From assembly GCA_905178155.1 (NCBI GenBank), contig CAJINV010000001.1, positions 357,643 to 421,642 of the forward strand: DNA of 64,000 nt. Direction: 5' to 3'. Source of the stretch: Amoebophrya sp. A120 (taxonomy: Eukaryota > Protista > Dinoflagellata). Positions 1 through 10,024 of the stretch are shown piece by piece (the first letter of the stretch is position 1; every line of letters starts with the position of its first letter). Made by a program: the position numbers and the translations under genes. Below the pieces are notes generated by a model. It saw only the letters and a list, made by a program, of their open reading frames with translations. It searched no databases and had not been told where the DNA came from.

Positions 1-2191
1 GCAAAAACTTTGTCCCAGCGAGCTGGGCGTTCGTGAACAGGATCGCAGACACCACATGATAAATCGCGACACCGACGAGCGACCAGGGAGTTGGAAACAG
101 TAGGTCGTCGTCTTTGCGCCTCACCAGCTCTAGGGCCCGATCAATCTCCGCCAGATGTGCGGAATAGAACATTTCGTCGAAGTACTCTTCAATTATTCTG
201 GTACGCCTTTCCAGCAATGCCATGGTTTCGTTCAGCCCCCGCACGAAGGTGGCCCAGGACCTCTCTTCGCTTCCGATAGTTGTATTTTGACTGGCGAAGT
301 GGAAGTCAGAAGTGCTGCTATTATCATTTGGTTGAAAGCGACGCGCGTGCAAAGCGTCCCAAGCTGTGATCGAATTTGAGTAGTACTTCTCGTCCTCGTA
401 CGGCGGGTCATATACGTGCCCAGTGTCGTCACGAGGCGCGGCCCAGGAAACCCAACTGTTACGGGATCGGTCGAGCCTAGAAATTAAATTGTGACGCTCG
501 CCCGAGGTTCCGGAAAGCGGAGAGCGTTTGATCACCTCCGCGTACTTGCGCGCCAGCTCCACTGCCCGGCGCTCGTCGACTACGATGACAAACTTCTCCC
601 CCGCTTCAGTTCTGTTCAGCAGGGCCTCCTGTTCGGCGTCGTAGGAATCAGTGGGCACGCACTTTGGGTGCAGTAGTTCTCGGGGTTCCGCGCCTACTTC
701 GCGAGCTGCCGCAAGCGCAAGAACATCGCCATCCGCTGGAAAAATAGTTGGCGACGTCAACGAGCTTTTCCAGCTGCAATATTCACGACCTCCGGATTGT
801 TCTACCGCAGTGCTGTTACGCGTCGCATTTTCGCGGCTGTTATGATGATGTCCTGTGCTGTCTTCAGCTCCGCTCCGCGTCTCCTCACCGGGACCGGAGG
901 GCGGCCTCCTCTTCATTTGACAAGGACAGTCAGTCTGCCACTGCAAAACCTGCAGACTGATCGCTGAGCTTTTCGGTTTTTGTCGCGCGAGCTCTGCGTT
1001 GGCTTGCCGTAGGCGCTCCGCAATCTATGGCGATGGCAGAAACTTTTTGCTCAAAAACTTTTTTTTTTTGGCATGTAAATCACCCATCGTGAGAACTAGA
1101 TATGTTTTTTGTGGCGAATATGTCACCCATGAAAAAGGCGGATTTATATGTTTGTTGAGCTAGCTAGTCTGAAGGCAGGAACAGGTCGACGCTGGACGTC
1201 GGTTGCGTCGCGGATTCGGAACCGAATCCGTGGCCACATGAGCACCGGGGACCACCTTCCTCCTGCCTTCAGACTAGCTAGTTACATAGTATGCCGCCGT
1301 AGTGCCTTTATGTAAACAAGACCTGCCGGTAGCAGGTGGCACATACATAGCTTATGGCAAAATCATATGTGGAAAAAAAAAAAGTTTTTGAGCAAAAAGT
1401 TTCTGCCATCGCCATACAATCGGATTCGCGCTGATTACGTAGTCGCAGATCTCGTTCTTGCATATGGAAGACGAAAGCGCCGCACCCGATGAATTTCGTT
1501 TTTCGCCAAAAAGTACACCACTCAACTCCATCGGAGAAGAATCTCCTGCAATCTGTAGTTCTTCTCCTTCTTCGCTTCGGCTTCCATAATTGGGAGCAGC
1601 CGTACTAGAGGGCAGCATTCTCCCGGCTTGTACTCTTCCCGAAGATGTCTGACCTGCTCCGCCTTGCTGCTGCAAACCTGCTACACTTGTTGTCGCCTCG
1701 CCATGATTGTCGCCGGAGGTATGATCGACGGAGTGCGGCGACCATGCGCAGCCCACGTCTTGGTCTACGTCTTGGTCCTTCTCTTCCCGATTCGCATTTT
1801 CTGGAGCAGCAGAAGGCCCCCAAGTCGTTGAGCCGCCTGTGCCAACCGCGACACGCAGAAAACTTTGCGGAGTGGAGATCGGCAGCAGAGTTGCAAGAAC
1901 TGCAGGACCACCTTGCTCCTCGTGCCCCGGAGACGTTTCAGCCTCGTCACTGTCTGATGGATGTTCGATTTCTGCAGCTTCCCACGTCGATGAGGAGAAC
2001 GTGGCCGGTAAAGAACTGCTCGACTTCATCTGCGCGGCTCTTTCCTGCCTTACAGCAGCTTCAGCGAGATACCAACACTTCTGTGTCATCTCCAGTGGAA
2101 AAAGTACCAAAGTCGTGCGCTGCAAGAGACATAGAACGCCATAGTGCATGGAGGAGCGCGAGCCGCCCGCCCGTCTAAAAAACGAAATCAT
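1..2191 (-). CDS. Array gene copy D, 5' part (runs off window), hypothetical protein
   Basis: ATG at 2191. The ORF is joined in frame across element 1026-1416 to AERLRQANAEL. Region 1-~520 is diverged from copy B. Confidence 0.75.
1026..1416 (-). mobile_element. Introner element (TATGG-type), 391 bp, acting as intron
   Basis: ~40-bp TIR TATGGCGATGGCAGAAACTTTTTGCTCAAAAACTTTTTT. TSD CAATC at 1021-1025 and 1417-1421. TSD plus TIR create GT (1417)...AG (1025) on the minus strand, and removal is in frame. Confidence 0.93.
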
Positions 2192-3075
2192 CTCTCTGGA
2201 ACAATGGTCGCCGCACTTCTAGTTGCGACTAAAGCTGCACCGTACCAATTGGGATCCAGACGGACGTGAAGATATTGAAGATGGCATGATAGATTGTCAG
2301 TCTTATTTGTGTTTGTTTCTGATGCCCTTGCATAAGAAACGTCCTCGCGGACTACGACCCGCCGGTCGTGTCTATCCTTGGACGTTTGCAGCACCTTCGT
2401 GGTCACGACTATGCTAGTAATGCTCCTGCTTCCACAATGGCTATAATCTGAATATGTACGGAAAGACGACCCGAAGCGGATGACCTCGAACAAGCCTGCC
2501 TCCGACTCGTATCAGAAAATTTGCGCTCCATGTTCCTCTCTCGAAGAGCCTCGCACACGACGAGTGATCCGAGATCCTGCCACAAACGATCAACCTCGCA
2601 GCGATGGCGCGTAACTTACGATCGTTGTACTGTTGTAAAATAATCATAATTGAACAAGAAAACGAGGACTACTACATGCCAGCACGTAATATGACGAAAA
2701 ATATCACGAAAATATCACGAGGCTCCTGAAGAAATATCACGAAAATCCCCCTGGTCCCTATGCGCCTGATCTTCATACAAGATGCCCGACGAAATTCTAG
2801 CTGCTCGAATGAAAGTATCCAGAAGGATACTTCCGATAAACCCCTTCAAACTGCGGCGCATTAACGAGGAACAGCATTCACGACTTCGTTGCGTATCACA
2901 GCGCGGATTCGCGGAAAAATTGACGCAGCTGCAACATGCTCCGTTCTTGCGGATTTTTCCAGCTGCACAAGAACTGCTGCCCATTTTCTCAACAAGAGAA
3001 GACGACGGATCATGGAACAGTGTTGCTTGTGCGGCCGCTGCGGCTGATGAGTGAGGGTGACAACTACGACTAGAG

Positions 3076-4557
3076 CTAGTTGGTGGAAAAATCAATGGCG
3101 TGTCGAGTGTACCAGTCTGCGAGCAAATCGGCAGGAATCCACTCCTTTGCGCCGCGATTTGTAAAGAGGCTGAGCTTATCAAATGTAAAAGTGTCTGGGT
3201 CTGGAAGGATGTAACCTGTGATGCACATTTCAGAACACACAAAAAACTCTCATGCATAGGTAGCAAAAGCTGCCCATTTTCTGTCATTAAAGTGGGGGAC
3301 TTGTCATGCGGGTTCGGCATTGCGGAAGCTTCTCGAAACCTGTGATGCTAGAGCTTCCATGCCAGACCTTCTGTGTCATGCAGAAACAGCATGACTCTTC
3401 CAGACCCAGACATTTTTGCATTTGATAGAGCTCTTTGTCGGCCTCGGCAACCGTCATCACGACCAGCTTCAACGGCTCGGGTCGTTCCTCTGGCACCTCT
3501 TCTAGGTGGTCTCTGAACATTTCTGTTTCAACTTGCGGTGTCGAGTTTCGAAAATTATCCGCAGTGGTGTTCTTCTTATTACCTGCACGGCTGGGTAGCT
3601 TCCTGCTGTTGGCGACCAGGCGAACCGCCGCCCGGACGGCGTCTCTCACCTGCGCTACGTCCCCCTCGTCGACGGCCAGTATGCCGCGAATGTTCAATCG
3701 GTCGCTCCACTTTTCACAACGCATTAGCATGTGCATCTGGGTGTGGAAAAGCCGGCGCCACCAGCCCCTCAGGCCCGCGCCGAGCAATTCAAACCGCTCG
3801 CGGAAACTATTGCGCTGCGTCTCCGAACGGCTCGTCACGTCGACCACATCGGCCACAACCAAAACCGGCAGACGCCCCGGGCCGAGAGCGTGCTCGAAGT
3901 TCGCGACGGCGGTCGCATTCGCCTCGCGTTGGCTCCAACCGAACCAGCCCTTCCACCCGTGTGGAAGCCGGCCCGCGTTTTTGAGGGAGTACTCCTTCGC
4001 GGCGTCCCACATGCGCCCACTCTCTCCCTCGCCCGTGCACTCGTTCATTCGAAAAGAAAGGGGCGCCGCTGCGACAACGGTCGGGCGCACGTCTGTAGTC
4101 AGGTTGAACCATTGTTTTTGGGCGTCTGCCATCTGCACCCGCTCACCACCAAAGAAGTCGATGCCGTTTTATGCAAATAAAAATGAACTAGTGTTACTGC
4201 AGTTCTTACACACTGTGAGGCAGCAAGACACACAACCTCTGTCATGCCCGAAGTGCTTGATGCGCATCTCTTTCCATGCTGGCCAGGGGCGATTTCACTT
4301 ATGACCTCCGCATTGGTTGGTAATTGCAAGTTTGCTTTGGCACAGCGCAAATTTGTGTTGCCAAGTGTGACTGCAGCACTACTCTTTGTTCGCTTTCTCT
4401 TTGATACCTTGCGCTGCAAAAACATTGTCCCAGCGAGCTGGGCGTTCGTGAACAGGATCGCAGACACCACATGATAAATCGCGACACCGACGAGCGACCA
4501 GGGAGTTGGAAACAGTAGGTCGTCGTCTGTGCGCCTCACCAGCTCTAGGGCCCGATC
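3076..4557 (-). CDS. Array gene copy C, 3' part (5' part lost in gap)
   Basis: Identical to copy B. Removing elements 4170-4406 and 3177-3427 gives ...QRKGIDFFGGERVQMAD...DKELSLFTNRGAKEWIPADLLADWYTRHAIDFSTN*. Confidence 0.75.
3177..3427 (-). mobile_element. Introner element (TATCAAAT family), 251 bp
   Basis: TIR TATCAAATGTAAAAGTGTCTGGGTCTGGAAG / CTTCCAGACCCAGACATTTTTGCATTTGATA. Perfect TSD GAGCT. Removal restores the frame. Confidence 0.92.
4170..4406 (-). mobile_element. Degenerate introner element, 237 bp
   Basis: TAT...ATA ends with decayed TIR (shared GAAC and CTGCAGT blocks). Degenerate TSD CGTTT/CCTTG. Removal of the element plus 5 nt joins the 429-aa and 283-aa ORF frames. Confidence 0.75.
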
Positions 4558-4994
4558 NNNNNNNNNNNNNNNNNNNNNNNNNNNNNNNNNNNNNNNNNNN
4601 NNNNNNNNNNNNNNNNNNNNNNNNNNNNNNNNNNNNNNNNNNNNNNNNNNNNNNNNNNNNNNNNNNNNNNNNNNNNNNNNNNNNNNNNNNNNNNNNNNNN
4701 NNNNNNNNNNNNNNNNNNNNNNNNNNNNNNNNNNNNNNNNNNNNNNNNNNNNNNNNNNNNNNNNNNNNNNNNNNNNNNNNNNNNNNNNNNNNNNNNNNNN
4801 NNNNNNNNNNNNNNNNNNNNNNNNNNNNNNNNNNNNNNNNNNNNNNNNNNNNNNNNNNNNNNNNNNNNNNNNNNNNNNNNNNNNNNNNNNNNNNNNNNNN
4901 NNNNNNNNNNNNNNNNNNNNNNNNNNNNNNNNNNNNNNNNNNNNNNNNNNNNNNNNNNNNNNNNNNNNNNNNNNNNNNNNNNNNNNNNNNNNNN
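4558..4994. other. Assembly gap (437 N)
   Basis: Run of N. Confidence 1.
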
Positions 4995-5582
4995 GAACAA
5001 GCCTGCCTCCGACTCGTATCAGAAAATTTGCGCTCCATGTTCCTCTCTCGAAGAGCCTCGCACACGACGAGTGATCCGAGATCCTGCCACAAACGATCAA
5101 CCTCGCAGCGATGGCGCGTAACTTACGATCGTTGTACTGTTGTAAAATAATCATAATTGAACAAGAAAACGAGGACTACTACATGCCAGCACGTAATATG
5201 ACGAAAAATATCACGAAAATATCACGAGGCTCCTGAAGAAATATCACGAAAATCCCCCTGGTCCCTATGCGCCTGATCTTCATACAAGATGCCCGACGAA
5301 ATTCTAGCTGCTCGAATGAAAGTATCCAGAAGGATACTTCCGATAAACCCCTTCAAACTGCGGCGCATTAACGAGGAACAGCATTCACGACTTCGTTGCG
5401 TATCACAGCGCGGATTCGCGGAAAAATTGACGCAGCTGCAACATGCTCCGTTCTTGCGGATTTTTCCAGCTGCACAAGAACTGCTGCCCATTTTCTCAAC
5501 AAGAGAAGACGACGGATCATGGAACAGTGTTGCTTGTGCGGCCGCTGCGGCTGATGAGTGAGGGTGACAACTACGACTAGAG

Positions 5583-8500
5583 CTAGTTGGTGGAAAAATC
5601 AATGGCGTGTCGAGTGTACCAGTCTGCGAGCAAATCGGCAGGAATCCACTCCTTTGCGCCGCGATTTGTAAAGAGGCTGAGCTTATCAAATGTAAAAGTG
5701 TCTGGGTCTGGAAGGATGTAACCTGTGATGCACATTTCAGAACACACAAAAAACTCTCATGCATAGGTAGCAAAAGCTGCCCATTTTCTGTCATTAAAGT
5801 GGGGGACTTGTCATGCGGGTTCGGCATTGCGGAAGCTTCTCGAAACCTGTGATGCTAGAGCTTCCATGCCAGACCTTCTGTGTCATGCAGAAACAGCATG
5901 ACTCTTCCAGACCCAGACATTTTTGCATTTGATAGAGCTCTTTGTCGGCCTCGGCAACCGTCATCACGACCAGCTTCAACGGCTCGGGTCGTTCCTCTGG
6001 CACCTCTTCTAGGTGGTCTCTGAACATTTCTGTTTCAACTTGCGGTGTCGAGTTTCGAAAATTATCCGCAGTGGTGTTCTTCTTATTACCTGCACGGCTG
6101 GGTAGCTTCCTGCTGTTGGCGACCAGGCGAACCGCCGCCCGGACGGCGTCTCTCACCTGCGCTACGTCCCCCTCGTCGACGGCCAGTATGCCGCGAATGT
6201 TCAATCGGTCGCTCCACTTTTCACAACGCATTAGCATGTGCATCTGGGTGTGGAAAAGCCGGCGCCACCAGCCCCTCAGGCCCGCGCCGAGCAATTCAAA
6301 CCGCTCGCGGAAACTATTGCGCTGCGTCTCCGAACGGCTCGTCACGTCGACCACATCGGCCACAACCAAAACCGGCAGACGCCCCGGGCCGAGAGCGTGC
6401 TCGAAGTTCGCGACGGCGGTCGCATTCGCCTCGCGTTGGCTCCAACCGAACCAGCCCTTCCACCCGTGTGGAAGCCGGCCCGCGTTTTTGAGGGAGTACT
6501 CCTTCGCGGCGTCCCACATGCGCCCACTCTCTCCCTCGCCCGTGCACTCGTTCATTCGAAAAGAAAGGGGCGCCGCTGCGACAACGGTCGGGCGCACGTC
6601 TGTAGTCAGGTTGAACCATTGTTTTTGGGCGTCTGCCATCTGCACCCGCTCACCACCAAAGAAGTCGATGCCGTTTTATGCAAATAAAAATGAACTAGTG
6701 TTACTGCAGTTCTTACACACTGTGAGGCAGCAAGACACACAACCTCTGTCATGCCCGAAGTGCTTGATGCGCATCTCTTTCCATGCTGGCCAGGGGCGAT
6801 TTCACTTATGACCTCCGCATTGGTTGGTAATTGCAAGTTTGCTTTGGCACAGCGCAAATTTGTGTTGCCAAGTGTGACTGCAGCACTACTCTTTGTTCGC
6901 TTTCTCTTTGATACCTTGCGCTGCAAAAACATTGTCCCAGCGAGCTGGGCGTTCGTGAACAGGATCGCAGACACCACATGATAAATCGCGACACCGACGA
7001 GCGACCAGGGAGTTGGAAACAGTAGGTCGTCGTCTGTGCGCCTCACCAGCTCTAGGGCCCGATCGATCTCCGGCAGAGATGCGGAATGGAACATTTCGTC
7101 CAAGTACTCGTCATTCATTCTGGTACACCTTTCCAGCAATGCCGCGCTTTCGTTCACCACCCGGGCCAAGTCGGTTGCGTTCACCGCCCACCGGAACATG
7201 GTGGCCCAGGACCTCTCTTCGCTTCCGATAGTTGTATTTTGAGCGGCGAAGTGGAAGTCAGTGCTGCTATTATCGTTTGGTTGAAAGCGGCGCGCGTGCA
7301 AAGCGTCCCAAGATGTGATCGAATTTGCGTAGTACTTCTCGTCCTCGTACGGCGGGTCATATACGTGCCCAGTATCGTGACGACGCGCGGCCCAGGAAAC
7401 CCATTTGTTATCGCTTCGGTCGAGCCTAGAAATGAAATTTTGACGCGGGAGAGAGTCTCCGCCAAGTGGCGAGCGTTTGATCACCTCCGCGTACTTGCGC
7501 GCCAGCTCCACTGCCCGGCGCTCGTCGACTACGATGACAAACTTCTCCCCCGCTTCAGTTCTGTTCAGCAGGGCCTCCTGTTCGGCGTCGTAGGAATCAG
7601 TGGGCACGCACTTTGGTTGCAGTAGTTCTCGGGGTTCCGCGCCTACTTCGCGAGCTGCCGCAAGCGCAAGAACATCGCCATCCGCTGGAAAAATAGTTGG
7701 CGACGTCAACGAGCTTTTCCAGCTGCAATATTCACGACCTCCGGATTGTTCTACCGCAGTGCTGTTACGCGTCGCATTTTCGCGGCTGTTATGATGATGT
7801 CCTGTGCTGTCTTCAGCTCCGCTCCGCGTCTCCTCACCGGGACCGGAGGGCGGCCTCCTCTTCATTTGACAAGGACAGTCAGTCTGCCACTGCAAAACCT
7901 GCAGACTGATCGCTGAGCTTTTCGGTTTTTGTCGCGCGAGCTCTGCGTTGGCTTGCCGTAGGCGCTCCGCAATCTATGGCGATGGCAGAAACTTTTTGCT
8001 CAAAAACTTTTTTTTTTTGGCATGTAAATCACCCATCGTGAGAACTAGATATGTTTTTTGTGGCGAATATGTCACCCATGAAAAAGGCGGATTTATATGT
8101 TTGTTGAGCTAGCTAGTCTGAAGGCAGGAACAGGTCGACGCTGGACGTCGGTTGCGTCGCGGATTCGGAACCGAATCCGTGGCCACATGAGCACCGGGGA
8201 CCACCTTCCTCCTGCCTTCAGACTAGCTAGTTACATAGTATGCCGCCGTAGTGCCTTTATGTAAACAAGACCTGCCGGTAGCAGGTGGCACATACATAGC
8301 TTATGGCAAAATCATATGTGGAAAAAAAAAAAGTTTTTGAGCAAAAAGTTTCTGCCATCGCCATACAATCGGATTCGCGCTGATTACGTAGTCGCAGATC
8401 TCGTTCTTGCATATGGAAGACGAAAGCGCCGCACCCGATGAATTTCGTTTTTCGCCAAAAAGTACACCACTCAACTCCATCGGAGAAGAATCTCCTGCAA

Positions 8501-9140
8501 TCTGTAGTTCTTCTCCTTCTTCGCTTCGGCTTCCATAATTGGGAGCAGCCGTACTAGAGGGCAGCATTCTCCCGGCTTGTACTCTTCCCGAAGATGTCTG
8601 ACCTGCTCCGCCTTGCTGCTGCAAACCTGCTACACTTGTTGTCGCCTCGCCATGATTGTCGCCGGAGGTATGATCGACGGAGTGCGGCGACCATGCGCAG
8701 CCCACGTCTTGGTCTACGTCTTGGTCCTTCTCTTCCCGATTCGCATTTTCTGGAGCAGCAGAAGGCCCCCAAGTCGTTGAGCCGCCTGTGCCAACCGCGA
8801 CACGCAGAAAACTTTGCGGAGTGGAGATCGGCAGCAGAGTTGCAAGAACTGCAGGACCACCTTGCTCCTCGTGCCCCGGAGACGTTTCAGCCTCGTCACT
8901 GTCTGATGGATGTTCGATTTCTGCAGCTTCCCACGTCGATGAGGAGAACGTGGCCGGTAAAGAACTGCTCGACTTCATCTGCGCGGCTCTTTCCTGCCTT
9001 ACAGCAGCTTCAGCGAGATACCAACACTTCTGTGTCATCTCCAGTGGAAAAAGTACCAAAGTCGTGCGCTGCAAGAGACATAGAACGCCATAGTGCATGG
9101 AGGAGCGCGAGCCGCCCGCCCGTCTAAAAAACGAAATCAT
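5583..9140 (-). CDS. Array gene copy B, complete, 4 exons, ~890 aa hypothetical protein
   Basis: Exons ~9140-8367, ~7973-6914, ~6671-5935, ~5678-5583 join in frame after removing three TIR/TSD elements. Stop TAG at 5583-5585. Hydrophobic N-terminal segment, low-complexity linker, then an ordered-looking C-terminal region. Confidence 0.82.
5684..5934 (-). mobile_element. Introner element (TATCAAAT family), copy in unit B
   Basis: Same as 3177-3427, TSD GAGCT. Confidence 0.92.
6677..6913 (-). mobile_element. Degenerate introner element, copy in unit B
   Basis: Same as 4170-4406. Confidence 0.75.
7975..8365 (-). mobile_element. Introner element (TATGG-type), copy in unit B
   Basis: Same as 1026-1416, TSD CAATC. 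Confidence 0.93.
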
Positions 9141-10024
9141 CTCTCTGGAACAATGGTCGCCGCACTTCTAGTTGCGACTAAAGCTGCACCGTACCAATTG
9201 GGATCCAGACGGACGTGAAGATATTGAAGATGGCATGATAGATTGTCAGTCTTATTTGTGTTTGTTTCTGATGCCCTTGCATAAGAAACGTCCTCGCGGA
9301 CTACGACCCGCCGGTCGTGTCTATCCTTGGACGTTTGCAGCACCTTCGTGGTCACGACTATGCTAGTAATGCTCCTGCTTCCACAATGGCTATAATCTGA
9401 ATATGTACGGAAAGACGACCCGAAGCGGATGACCTCGAACAAGCCTGCCTCCGACTCGTATCAGAAAATTTGCGCTCCATGTTCCTCTCTCGAAGAGCCT
9501 CGCACACGACGAGTGATCCGAGATCCTGCCACAAACGATCAACCTCGCAGCGATGGCGCGTAACTTACGATCGTTGTACTGTTGTAAAATAATCATAATT
9601 GAACAAGAAAACGAGGACTACTACATGCCAGCACGTAATATGACGAAAAATATCACGAAAATATCACGAGGCTCCTGAAGAAATATCACGAAAATCCCCC
9701 TGGTCCCTATGCGCCTGATCTTCATACAAGATGCCCGACGAAATTCTAGCTGCTCGAATGAAAGTATCCAGAAGGATACTTCCGATAAACCCCTTCAAAC
9801 TGCGGCGCATTAACGAGGAACAGCATTCACGACTTCGTTGCGTATCACAGCGCGGATTCGCGGAAAAATTGACGCAGCTGCAACATGCTCCGTTCTTGCG
9901 GATTTTTCCAGCTGCACAAGAACTGCTGCCCATTTTCTCAACAAGAGAAGACGACGGATCATGGAACAGTGTTGCTTGTGCGGCCGCTGCGGCTGATGAG
10001 TGAGGGTGACAACTACGACTAGAG

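Noticed and set aside
2715-3320. 201-aa minus-strand ORF (also at 5222 and 9664)
   Set aside because: Starts inside an introner and overlaps the true last exon in another frame.
3435-4304. Plus-strand 289-aa ORF and many similar plus-strand ORFs
   Set aside because: Antisense shadows of minus-strand exons.
4099-5154. ORFs spanning the N run
   Set aside because: Artefacts of the assembly gap.
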